NCBI GenBank assembly: GCA_964187785.1
Contig: OZ076409.1
Span: forward strand, 9,922,001-9,982,000
Length of the DNA stretch: 60,000 nucleotides
Source of the DNA: Amphiscolops sp. MND2022
Lineage: Eukaryota
Reading direction: 5' to 3'
Positions 12,481 to 25,400 of the stretch are shown in pieces. A program made the translations under genes and the position numbers. Within the stretch, counting starts at the first letter, position 1, and each line of letters starts with the position of its first letter. Below the pieces are notes generated by a model. The model saw nothing but the letters and a program-made list of their open reading frames with translations, was not told the DNA's origin and did no database searches.

Positions 12481-15400
12481 AACTAAACTCAATCGAAAAG
12501 TGAAGAGTTGGCAGAATTTAAACGATTCGATATCAACGAAACTGAAAATTTCCTGAAGAACTTTGCTTACAAAGACCAAACGTTGAGTTATTGGAATGCA
12601 GCTGTCGTGCATGGTAAGACTGTCGAAGAAATTGATGAGAACCTGGCTAGCAATGTTGACGACAAGCAGATAGCAGATTTACTGTTAAGACGGACAGATG
12701 CCATAAACAAGAGAGATCAGCTCATTAAAGCGGTCGAAAATGCAGTCAAAGTCAAGTACCAACCGTGGATACCCGAAAATTTCTCAGCATTGAACAAAGC
12801 GAAGCACGGTCAACTTGATGAGTGGCAGCAACAAAACTCCAGCATTGGAAGATTGAAACTACTGATGACAGCATTGCAAGATGAAAAGCAGATAGTAAAC
12901 TATTTGGATCTTTAGGAGAAGAAACGTGCTATTGATAAACTACTTGTTAGCAACGAAAAGTTGCGGGAATGTTCAATCGCAAATGGCAAAGACGCCAACG
13001 AAGAAGATTATGTTGCAGCATGTCAAAAATTGCTCCAGAAAAGGTCTGTTATCAAAACAAAAATTGAAGCTCTGCTGAAGTTAGGAGACGAGGGAGAATT
13101 TTTGCGAAAAGACTGGCAGACGCTCGTGCAGAATCGGTAGCAGACAAATCGAGTAAAAATGGTACCTCACTATAATGGTACCGGAAGCAGACGACAAGCA
13201 AAAAGACCTCGACGCGTCAAAACGCAGACGACAGACAAAATCAAAGAAATGGAGCTAAATTGCTGCAAATAGAAGAAATGAGTATACATTCGCAAGGTGA
13301 CAAAACAAGAAGAAACAAAACCTCCGTGTTCTGGAAAACGTCATACGTAAGACGAGTTCTTGATTAGGAGCTAAAAGTTTTGAAAAAGCAAGAGGATCTG
13401 CAAACCCGCCCGGAGAAAATCAGACGCGAAGAAGTCAGAAGAAGCTGGAAACGTAGCTCAGTCCATTGACGTGCCATCTGTATACCCGCAAACCTCCGTC
13501 CCAACACCAGTGAGAACTGTACGACCAGGACATGGCAGAAAATGCACCGCGCAAGTGAGGGACTTGACACCCTAAGTGAAGCCGACCATACCCGCAGAAG
13601 CCGGTAATAGAGGTATTGGAATGGACAGAACAAAGACTGTCATAGGTGCTGGCAGTCAAAGAGCAAAAGCACAACCAGAAGTGAAAGTCGCCACATCGAA
13701 GCCGTCAATGACCGTTATGGCAGGCCAAAGTTGGGTACCGCCTACAAATGGAGGAAACCCAAGGCATGCATTTGATGTACCACAGTTCGCGAACACGCAG
13801 ACGCAGTATTTGGCAAGTCAACGGACAAACACAGCGTCAAAGGCAAGAGATGACCACTTCATCAGATCCAGCTTGCCAAAACTGAAGCTGGCAAAGTTTT
13901 CTGGTGACTCATCTGATGGGCCAGAGCTAACTATTCCAAGCAACAGTCCATGCAGCGAACATGGACGACAGTGTAAAGATGAATCATCATCTGAAAACCG
14001 TGGTCACAGGCAAGGCCAAGGAGGCGATTGCTGGATTGGGGTACACCGCTGAGATTTACAATGTAAGAGAATATACTCCGTTCTCCGTTCCCCCGAGAAA
14101 ACCTTATGACGGAGACGCTTTGATCAAGTTTGCCAGAATAGTGTCGATTTGTGTGAAGGTTCTGACACAATTCAATTACGTGGGAGGATTCGTATAGAAT
14201 GACGTCGGACACAGTTCAACGCTGGACATGAAAACGAAGTGGCTCACTTATGTCAAATTAATGAACCTGTATCAAACTGGACTTGCTGTGTTCAGTGAAT
14301 ACCCGAATGCTGATCGCGCCAAGTCGAGCTACAAGGAAAAGAACAAAGGCTCCATGTTTGCCACTTCAGCAACAAACACAGCAAAGGACAATCCGAAGAA
14401 CCAGAGAGAGTGTGTGTTGAAAGACGACAAACATCCAGTATGGAATTGCGGGAAGTTCAAGAAGATGAACCTCGAAGAAAGAGGACATTGGGCAAAAGAA
14501 ATGAGATTGTGCTCCAAATGTTTATCACAACGCGCATCAGAGGAAAATTTGCTCCGACAGACTCGGCGACGCGAGTGGTTGCGGAAAATCTTTTCACAGG
14601 TTGCTATATCGACCATGCAAGAACTTGGAACTAAAGCAACATGTTGAAAATGTCGATGAGGTCTCTAACCTGTCCTCAATGAGAAGTAGTGGAGTGCTTC
14701 CAGTCATTCCAGTTACAATAGGGAGTGGAAGCAGAACTCCGAAAACGTTTGCTTGGTGCGACTCTGGAGATAGTCTGTTGTTTGTGGACGAGAGTCACTG
14801 ATGAAAACGCTGAAACTGACGGGACAGTCAGTGGATTTGAATGTTGCAGGGATTCATGGAACGTCAGATATTAGCAGCAAACGACTTAGAGTCACGATTG
14901 GTGATCAAAACTGAAAGGTCAAGGAAAAAACATCACTGTCTATAGTCATCCCAACGTAAATGCGGGAAATCGAACGTACAACCTCAAGAAATTGAAAGAA
15001 ACATACCCTCACTTGTCAGTTTTGAAAAACTCTACCGTCTACGTGACATTGGGCCAAGATTATTATCACTTGCACACAGAGCAACAGAATATAAAAATTG
15101 TGGAAACGAAGCTGGGATGGATGATCAGCGGACCCTTGCCCCAACAAGAGACTGCTAAGCTTGCAATTGAACGCCTAGTTGCTGCAGAAGTTGACCCATT
15201 AGCGGATCAAGTGAAGAGCTTGTGCAAGTCCTTAGTCGATCGTGGACTCCAACTAACGAAATGGATTTGCAACTCCAAGAAAGTAATGAACCTTCGGCAC
15301 TGTCTATCTTGGGACTCCAGTTGAATGTGAAGTCGGACAGTCTTGAGATCTGCCGCTGTATGGAAAAAGAGGTGCCTGTCAAGGTCACTCAGCGGGTAGT

Positions 15401-17598
15401 TTTATCCCAAGTGGCTTCTGTGTTTGATCCGTTGGGATTGTTTTCCCCTTTCACAAGGAGGATGAGATTGCTGCTCAGAGGAATTTGGAAAAAGCATGGA
15501 CAATCGTGGGAGGAAAAAGTATCTCCAGAAGACGGGATAGCTTTCAAGGATTGGTCATCAGAGTTGAGTCACATGAATAAGATGACTCTCGAAAGAAATT
15601 ATTTATCAAACAATGCTGAAGTAGTGGACTTGCATGTTTTCGCTGATGTGCATAAAAGCGTTTTTTTTTCGAGATCATCAATCTAGAGAGCTTGCCTATG
15701 TAGTAGGAAAATGCAGAGTTGCGCCAATGAAGCAGCAATCAATTCCCCGACTAGAGCTACAAGCAGCTATGTATGGGACTCGATTGAAACAACTGATCGT
15801 AGACGAACACCATGTTGAAATTGAACGAACTTTCTTTCGGAGGGATTGGACAACTGTTTTGCAATGATTGCATGGAGCTAACAAGAAACAACCGGTGTTT
15901 GTAGCAGACAGAGTCGCTGAAATACTTGACAGCTCAACCATTGATCAGTGGAGACATGTCGAAGGAACCTTAAACCCTGCCGACACTGGAACAAGAAGAG
16001 AACCTGTTCTTGAGCTGGAAAGTAGCGAAAAGTTCACAGGGATGGCATGACTTCAAGAGAAAGAAGATGCTTTGTGACAAACTTTACCACAGTGGTTTAG
16101 CAAAAAACAGAAGACATAGAACAAGTATTTGGAGTGGTGTCAGAAGAAAAAGACATAAAATGGGACAATTTCGGAAAGCATGAAACGGAACATTGCCTGG
16201 CGCTTTCAGTTCCAATCAAAAATCAAAGGAAAAGTAGTCATAACAGAAGAATTGCAGCAAGTGATCCAAATGCTGCTGCGGAAAAGCCAGATGTAAAGCT
16301 TCGATCCAACTTACCAAGCATTGGCTTCAGGTAAACCCATGGCTGCATCTGATCTGTTGAACAAATTATCACCATTTATGGACAATCAAAACGTAATGCG
16401 AATAAAAGGACTACTACGTCATGGTGATGCAAGATATGAAATGAAACATCCAATTTTGCTATCTGCGAAGCATCCGATAGTGAGAAAATTGATTGATGCT
16501 CGTGAAAATAACTATCAAGAAACGGATTATGCTTGCAGTTTTTTGCAGCAAAATTACTGGATAATTAGACTTCGAAACGCGCTCAGAAATGTGAAATTGA
16601 AGTGTGTTAAGTGCAGAAAATAGTTTGAAGAGTTCAACCTTTCATGGCAGACCTGCCTAAAGAAAGATTAGAAGAGAGAGTTTTCCCTTTTGCCAACACT
16701 GGAGTAGATTACTTTGGACCATTCGAAGTGAGATTCATGAGGAAATCAACGAAACGCTGGTGTTGTCCCTTCACATGTTTGACAACAAGAGCTGTGCATG
16801 TTGAAGCCGTGCCAAGCCTGGAAGCCGATGCAAGTCTGGCTGCTATAACGAGATTCATCGCACGAAGAGGGAAACCCAATATCATTCTAAGTGATAGTGG
16901 AACCAATTTTGTGGTTGCAGCTAGAGAAATGCGAGAATGGATAGATGCTTGGAATCAATCATATTTTGAGAAATCTTTGGCTCAAAAGCAAATAAAATGG
17001 AAGTTGCGCCGCATTTCGGAGGTGTTTGGGAGCGAATGGTTAGAAGCTGCAAGAAAGCTATGATGGCGATAGTGGGAAACAGAACACTGACAGATGATGT
17101 ATTATCCACAACAATGTGTCTAGTTGAGCAGATATTGAATTCGAGACTTCTGACCAGTGTCAGTGACGATCCCGAGGATTTGGAAGCTTTGACTCCAAAT
17201 CACTTCCTGCTAGGACGCGCAAGTCCAGCAACCCTATTCATTACTGACGCTCAAGGCTATACAGATCGGCGAAGAGTATTCACAGTATCTCAAGCATATG
17301 CGGATATGATCTGGAGCAGATGGAACAGAGACTTTTTTCCACAACGTAATGAGAGTTCTAAATGGAATAGAGAAGAAGTTAAACAACTGGAAGTCAATGA
17401 TTTGGCTTGGGTAGTGGATGAGAATGCGAAAAGAGCTCACTAAAAGATGGTTAGATTGTTGGACGTCTATCATGGAAGCGATCGGCGAGTGAGATCAGCG
17501 CTGGTGAAAACTGAAGATGGGAAACTCAAAAGACCAGTAGTGAAACTGGCACCATTGTTCCACTAAAGTGTTTTACAGGAGAAAACCAGGCCCGGCAA

Positions 17599-18572
17599 TG
17601 CTCGCGACAGTCAATTGCAAGACGAGCAATTGATTTTTGAACTAGACTGATGAAACTTATAACTCAAAAGAAAATTTGCCAAGATTTAAGTTGGAAAATT
17701 ACACGTTTCACCAGAAATAATGCATCCGCAAAAAGGGTCATCCTCCGCTTTTTTTGAGAAGCGCTCGTTCAATCACCGTGAAACTTGGCATGTATAGACT
17801 AAAGGTGCTAACTCAACTTTTGACTCGAAATACACAACCCCGTATCTTCCCTGGTTTCTGAGTAATTAACACCCAAAGTGACCTAGGTCAGACCACATGA
17901 AAACCCAAATTTGATAGACAAATTAATATGTGATTTTCTCATATGACCTTGAAGGAAATTTAATTCTGTTGAAATTAGTGATTTTATATTTTGTAAACTT
18001 TTACTTTATTTTGTAAACCTAAACTTATACCTAATACTTTCTAGCTCACCTAACCAACATACCAAATCCATCAGAAAGTTGTTTACTTAAGCAAAAACTT
18101 CATATTATGCTTTAAATGTCATTTATTTATACATACGTGTATTTGCTTATACTTACTGAAGAAATGTAAACGATTGTTACGAGAAAGATATTATTAGATA
18201 GAGATTTTCAAGACTGAATAGCTATAGTCAATATGGGTCTCAGGGCCGCGAGAATAATTAACTTTCCTCATCTTTACAACTTTTCGCTAGAGTCATAGCG
18301 AATAAGTAGCGACTCTCTTAGTTGGAGAGCCGGAGCGCGCAAAGATACAGAGCGGGAAGTTTTTGCAGGATCACATCGGATCAAAGCCAGTGTAAAGCGT
18401 GATCACCAGGAGATTCCACGGGTCACATCGGACCCACCAGCCAGAAGATACAGTCCTTTAAAACAAGAAAACCAGGATTTGTTTATTAACGGTCCGCAGT
18501 ACTAAGCAATAGATCAGAGCGGCGTAAAGCTTGTCAAGCCTTAGCGCAGGATAAGGGCAAGCAGCCGTTACA
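17599..18572 (+). repeat. BEL 3' LTR
   Basis: Starts tg after purine-rich ggagaaaaccagg; ends cgttaca; moderately diverged from the 5' LTR. Confidence 0.88.
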
Positions 18573-19371
18573 GAAAGTACGACCACAATTGCCCGACAAA
18601 AAACATTGACAGAGCCTGCTCTGATTCACATTTCATGCACTGGAACGGCACAATTTGAAAAGTTTCTTTATCAGTGGACAAATTTTTATGGCATCAGGAA
18701 TAGCCTCGAATTTATTACCCATGTAAAACTGAAAAGGCTAGAAAGTCCCCTTTGATCCTTGAACGTGTATTTTAAGAAAAAAATAGGTTTCTTAGCGATT
18801 TAAAAGTAGGTGTACAAGAGGTCCCTCAAGAGTGCATCTTGAAAGGTAATGAAAGGTAACAATTTCGGAGATAGTATTGGCAAATCTGGTAGGAAATGTG
18901 ATTATGTGCTCAACCTACCATATTGTTTTCACACCAAAAGAAAAGGATAGAGAAGCTTGCACTGGGTCAATTATTTAAAACTAGAATATAGATCAATGCC
19001 CGGTATTTTTTCACAAGAAAAAGTTTCTTTGCATCACAAACATGATATAGACCTTAGAAAACCAGATAGGCTAAGAACTCGCATTTGATCAAAGAAACTT
19101 GTTTGTCGAAAATTGCATTAAGGTGCAACATTAGGGGCCTAAAAGTTGTTCCACGAGAAATGCGTTGGAGTGCATCATGTAAAATGTATCATTCATTGTG
19201 CCAGTTGCTCGATTGGTTTCGATGTTATCAGTAACCAACTGGCTAAAAACTAGTTTTCAATTTTAATTCATCAAGTTTCTCACGAAATAAGATTTTGATG
19301 AAGCCTGTTCTGGCTGAACAGTCGATCACAGGAACTTCGCACGGGCATCGTTCAAAGGTGAAATTAATAAC

Positions 19372-20105
19372 TGTAGCGATTACCTATCGAGTACACGATT
19401 TCGAAAATTTTGATGAAAATTTCGTTCAAGGGACTATATCCCCTGTACTGAAAAGTCATATTCCGCTGGACGGCAGCGTGTCTTCATCCAAGTACCTGCC
19501 CACAGAATTGAAGAGAATTGGAGCAAAAGACTCAAGAGAGACCCCAACCGAACGAGAAGACTGCAGAAAAACACGGCCGCTGTCAGAAAAAGACTCAAAT
19601 TTCTGTCAAAACGGACTGAACTTTGTTCTAGCCAGTGCTTTCTTCAGCGAAGCGTTACAAGACGCTGTGATTACCGAAAATGAGTCAATTGGCTTGACCA
19701 AGCATCCGTGCTTGTGTCCCCGGCTAATTGCTGCCTCAAAAGTGCTAATTATGTAGTAATTTTCGTATTTTCTTGTTGTAACAGCTCGTGAGCTACTCAC
19801 TTCGATCTCCTGTGCAATTTCGAAAAAACTTGATTTTTCCTTTCCACAACTTGCATTTTTTAAAGGCTGTCTAAGTGTTGGTTTCGAAGAAAAAGCGTAA
19901 TGCGCACTACTGATAGCAATTACAGACTGGATCAGGCCGGCGAGCACTTCTTAAGAAGCGGAATCCTCCTCTGACGGGACATTTCTTACCCGAAGGAGGC
20001 AAAATGGACTCATGGCCATGGGCGCCTGTCCCGGGCAAATACCCATGCCATGTGTTCCTCCTGCTCTTATGGTTACGGCGACAATGGTGAGAGCTTGTCG
20101 TTACA
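19372..20105 (+). repeat. Gypsy 5' LTR (734 bp)
   Basis: tgtagcga...tcgttaca inverted termini; distal ~565 bp differ from the 3' copy at only ~2 positions seen by eye. Confidence 0.9.
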
Positions 20106-20121
20106 TGGAGAACACATTTTA

Positions 20122-20138
20122 TGGCGACCACAGAGGGA
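20122..20138 (+). promoter_or_regulatory. Primer-binding site, tRNA-Arg-like (tggcgaccacagaggga)
   Basis: TGGCGACCAC is complementary to the ...GTGGTCGCCA 3' end of eukaryotic tRNA-Arg(TCG)-type tRNAs; lies 16 nt after the LTR. Confidence 0.6.
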
Positions 20139-22484
20139 TCGCTTCGAAGTGCTTCCCTTAATGGTTTTAAAATAGCCGACCCTCTGGTGATTGACGCCAA
20201 GTACGACCCGACTCTGATGGAAAGGAGAGAGAAGCAGAGTTTTTCCACGTTTTTACCCTGTGTGTTATTGAAGACTTCAAGCCCGGTGGATAAAGGTAAA
20301 TCTTGTAAAAAAGCGCTATATGTTGTGATTTTCATGCTTTTTTAGTAGTTGACAGGTAACGATCGAAATAGTCTACCCTCTTAACGGGTCACTCATAAAA
20401 GTGGTCTAGCAAGCCGTTGGAAGGCTGCTAGAAGTGTTAACAGGTGTTTTCTAGCCTTTTTCAGCTTTTTATGACCAATGAAGTGAGTGTTGAGAAGAGG
20501 ACGACCCTTGCTCAGACGAATCTTACAATCTGCCGAAACGAGTTATACGACTCACCGATCCCATTTCCCGTACAGGCAACCTAGAGAAATGAAATTTGGT
20601 GGAGACGTACTACAAATGCTGACGTGTCCAATGGTGCAACCCGTTTGTCTCTAGCTGTTCTGGATGATAAGCAAAAAGAACGAGAAGACACGACTCGTCA
20701 GTCCGGGTTGTATGATATTTTTGAGTCAGGTTGAAAAAAATTTTTGGGTTGCCCAAAATTTTGTGTACGACCATTTGCCAATGTTTTTACGAGCCTTCTG
20801 TAACTAGGTGTGTGCTTTTGCACCTGTTTTGTGCGAAAAAAGTGCGTTTTTTCATGTATTTTCGACGAAAAGTGCCAAACTTGGCCATTTTGAGGCGAAA
20901 CACCTACATGAGCGCGAGCGCTCTTGGTGCTAGCCACACACCTGCAGAAATTAAATAAAAGTAGCTCAGGACTCTAATGAGTTCGCAAAAAACGCGACGA
21001 ACTACTCAAAGTTGCCCGAAAAGGCACTTAGTATAAATTTTGTGAGGAAAAAACCCCGTTTTTGGAAGACTGAACATTTTTAGCACTTTGAATTTGTGGG
21101 GGAACTTGTACGGAAGCATTTAAACACCCCCGCATGGTTGAAATTAGGTTGGGGTACACCTGCCGGTACCCAACAATACTCATTTTGGTAATTATAACCA
21201 CTACTTCTTGAAAAAAGTTACGAGAACTGTGATTTTGAGGTTTTTCTATGGTACTCTTAGAAGAAACCCAACTTGACTTTTGACGAACACTTTTACGCTT
21301 AGAACAGCCCCCGGGCTATTATTTTCAGTTTATTCAGTAAATTTAACGATCCATAGTGAAGACCGCATCCCAAAATTCCTTTTCAGTGCTGAGAAAAGTA
21401 GAAAGATGCACTGAAAAACCTCCATTTTCCTAAAATCCGGACTGTCTCTGAGCTAAGGTCGGGTCATTGATTCTTGGACCTTAGCCAAAAGGTGGTTGCA
21501 TTTTCATAACCACCACTAAAAATAACGCTAGTGCCGAAAATTTGGTGAACGTAACTTTCACCAAAGTCAAAAAAAAGTTCTCTAACGTTTCAACTTCAGA
21601 GAACTATAAAACTACCGAAACAATCCAAAACTGAAGGACTGTAGGTGCCTCGTGTTTAACGGGCACACCTAATCAAGGGTTTATCCTAGTACTACGAGTA
21701 GTGGGGCAACACGTAGGTCCCCTTTTTTTTAGCCCTACCACTGTTGAGGTAACCCACTTAGCCAATTTGTGAAAAAAGTAGTCCAAAATTTTGAGTGTTA
21801 TCCAAGTAAGGTCGGAATCTCAAATAAGCGTCCGCGCTTTCATTTGATGGTTTCACCGGCATTGTACACGCTCATCGACTGTAGCTACAAAGTTTCGTGT
21901 CAATCCAACCGGTACTTGGTGAGAAAATAAAAAAAACGTACCACTCGAAAAGTTGGGCATGGAGGGTAATTTTTCAAAGTTTTCCTGAGTGATTCGAGTA
22001 CCTTGATTGAAAAACGAAGTTGAATTGCCGTTCATTTCTATCATTTGTACCAGATACTACGTTGTTTTGCAAATTTTGAACCCGCTAGCTTTTTTCAGTA
22101 AAGCATAAGCTTGAAATAAGCATGAAAATTAATGTGTCTTGGTGACTAGGGGTACCGAACGTCCGAATCAGCCTGAATCTTGAAATAAGAACCTTAGCTT
22201 AGATTTGATTTTGCTATCGTGTAGTACACCTACCACAAGGTCAGGTGGCCAATTTTCAAGTGTCTCCGACGATTAGACGTTGCGCTCGAGGCATCTTAGT
22301 CATTTATAAAGAAATCTGAAAAACTCAAAAATTGTCTAAAAACTCAATTGTTTGCGAATTAGCTGTTCCGCAAGCCCCAAACGCACGGTTTCCGGCCCCA
22401 CACCACGGTATTAACGCGCTGTGCAAGTTTCACGCCGGTACGACCCCTAGATCGATTTTTGACTTTTTCGAGACGTGTGAAATC

Positions 22485-25400
22485 ATGAAGACTAACAGTT
22501 TGCGTAACCTTTGGAATTCTATAACGAGAACATTAAACCGCACGAACACCCGGCGATGCTCTAATCTTTCAAAAGGGGGGAGGAAGGACACCTCGCGATG
22601 CACTGAAGCATCGAAAACACCAGACCCAACAGGGTGCGAGACAAATCTCAGTGCAATATCAGACCTGACCTCAGACCCCAGGGAGGAAGATTGGCCAACT
22701 GATGACAGTTTCGTTATGGAATCCGATTTTTCAGACCCTATGTCAGACGACGCATCGGAGAAGTATCAGGCTAAGCCAATCGCCAGGACTACCGATGATA
22801 TCGGAGGTTCAGCAGACGAAACAGGAAGTCAGGCGCACACGTCCAAATGGTTACAAGAACTGACTAAAGTAGCCGTCACACCTTTCGGTACTGACGAAGC
22901 AGGAACATGGCCCAACTCCAACAGGACAAACGCTGAGGAAGAAGCTGAAATGAGTTGCTTGAATGCCACCGGACAACTCAAGGCTCCCAGCATGGCAAGC
23001 GAGAGCACTGCGAACACGGCAGAGATATTGCAACAAATGTCTTATGTCGGGGGTATGAATTATGCCAGGGCACGTCTTCAAGAAGCTACGGCCCCCCGAG
23101 CATCTGGGAAGGGTAAGCAAGTACGGCCTCCAGCTCTACTAGCACAGACTGGCACTACAGGACCTCATGGCGACTCGCGCTCATCCTCACCCTCATCAAA
23201 GGCTGCATCTGCCCGATCTTCGGCATATCGAGCCGTACATGAAGCAGCGAAAGCGCGCAAAGCTCTATTAGATGCTCAGATAGGCGTGAAGCAAGCTGCT
23301 TCACAACTGTCTGAGCGTAAAGCAAGGTGCGATAGAGAGCACCAATCAATAATGGAGGAAATAGAAGCCGTGCAAACTGAACTGCGAACATCAACTGAGC
23401 GACAAGCGCAAGGGCATGAAATTCAGGCAGCCCGAATGGATGCCATGGGTTATCGAATGGCCGAAATAAAGGACATGGTGACCGAAAGAGAGGTGCGCAT
23501 GGAAGCTCAACTACAAGAGGTATGTTCACAGATACAAGCAATGGGCACTATGTTGAAAAATATCCAACCTCAACCCGCACCAGCAAGCAACACCATCAAA
23601 GAGTTGCTGCAAGACACTGATATATCACTGCCAAAACCCATAAAAAGCGTCTCCCTCAAACCAAAAGAGAGTGTGACGACTGCAACAAACCCATCTGGCT
23701 CTAAACAACACTTGGCTAGGTACGCGCCTTTGTCACAAACTCTGGTCTCAAATGAAGAGGCCGCATCAACCTCGACGAAATTTATCCCGTCTGCGGTATC
23801 AACAAAATATATTCCACCCACGACCAAAACTCACAAGAGAGAACCAACGTGTGAGGTGATAACTATCGACACTTCAAGCATGGGCATCACCGGCCTGCGA
23901 GAGCCCACACGCACAAACGAGCTAACTGAAGTCACCAGCACCTTCCAAACAGCAAATGCAACTTTGGGAGAATCAACTGCAGAATTCCAAACAGCGAACG
24001 ACGAATTGCCCCCGGGCAACCCATGCGCCAGCAGCACTAGACGCCGAGAAGTGACCCTCCCCGAAAACACCGATGACTCTGTCAACTCGACGCGAGGCAG
24101 CAGTATCCCGCCACCAGCTGTCAGTGAAGAAGCGCCTATATCAGCGGAGCAACTCAGGTTTACCGAGGCAATATCCAAGGCCATGTCCAAGGAACTAGCG
24201 CCACTAATTGCTAATCGAGATCAAACTAGGGTCCGCCCTACGATATACAAAGGCACTAAAGATGGTTCTGTCGATGGATGGCTCCCAGTAATGAAGCGAT
24301 TTCTCGAAAGAGTGCATGCAAAATCCCCAAAGATCGACAGAGCCTGGGCTATCATCGACCACCTAGAAGGGGAGGCGAGAAATTATATAATTAACAAATC
24401 TGAACCTGAACGAGACGAGCCCGACAAGGTATTCTCTCTCTTAGCCAGCAGATTTGGAACCGGTGGAAACCGCATGCACGTCAGGCAAACCTTCATGTCT
24501 CGTGTCCAACAGGAAAAAGAGGATTGGATGCAATTCTTGGACGCATTGGAAGGTCTGCGCACCCAAGGTTTCCCAGACGAGCCTATCACTACACGTCGTT
24601 ATGAGATCCTGCAACGTTTCATAGATGGCGTCAATGACCCGACGCTGCGACAAGAGTTGGCCGTGGTGTACGCTGCGGAAGCGTATTTGACCGAGCCACC
24701 AACTGTAGAATCCCTAAGGTTCACCACGAGACAATTGCAACGGCATCGCCCAAACACGTCAAAACCTTATGACCCAAGGTATGCAATGAGATCGAGGCCT
24801 CACCCTTTCGTGCCAGGGAAATTGGTTCATCCAGCACCAGGCCTACCGCAAAACGTGCTACCTCCAAACCAAGGACAGCGAGAGGCGAAACCCCAGATGG
24901 CTCCACCAGGCCCTGCATCGGTAAAACAGGCTCCTGTACAGCAGCAACCAGCGAGAGTGATTCCCCAAGGAGCATGCTTCAACTGTGGACTACCAGGTCA
25001 CTTTGCAAGGGAATGCCCAAGTCGAGACCTAGCAAGGAAACCCGCGGCTCGCGCTGCACCCGAGGAGCGAGTGAACCTGTGTGAGAACAATGTGGCCTCT
25101 GCATGTTCTGGCCCCGTATTCTGTGTTAACTGTGGCATGACCGAACACTCTGCATCACAATGCCAAAATGTTCCAGTACATGAGGATTTGGCCTACAGCC
25201 TCTGGGCTGAACAGCCATCTGCTTCTCAAACAATGAGTGACAACGAAATGGTACTCATGCTTCGCCCTGCTGAAGCCGCTCACGTGACGACGCCCCTTAC
25301 CGTCACATGTGGCAAGATCCAAATCCAGACGAGCCCAGAGCCAACTACTTTTGATCCCTCGGGACGCACTATCATGTCTGTCCGATTACTGTTGGCGATT

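Larger units (their letters stand above)
11274..18572 (+). mobile_element. Decayed BEL/Pao LTR retrotransposon with both LTRs; RT core deleted
   Basis: Paired LTRs; PBS-like tttggtcc at 12211; gag LPKLKLAKFSGD and Cys/His knuckle remnants; protease WCDSGDS; RNase H LHVFAD, SIPRLELQAA, NPAD; integrase GVDYFGPF, SDSGTNF, GGVWERMV, LTPNHFL. Confidence 0.93.

Noticed and set aside
11260..18580. Target-site duplication for the BEL element
   Set aside because: Flanks (attaa vs gaaag) do not match; the 5' terminus is eroded
22332..22484. Polyprotein start at 22332
   Set aside because: That is a TTG call from the ORF track; the first ATG is at 22485
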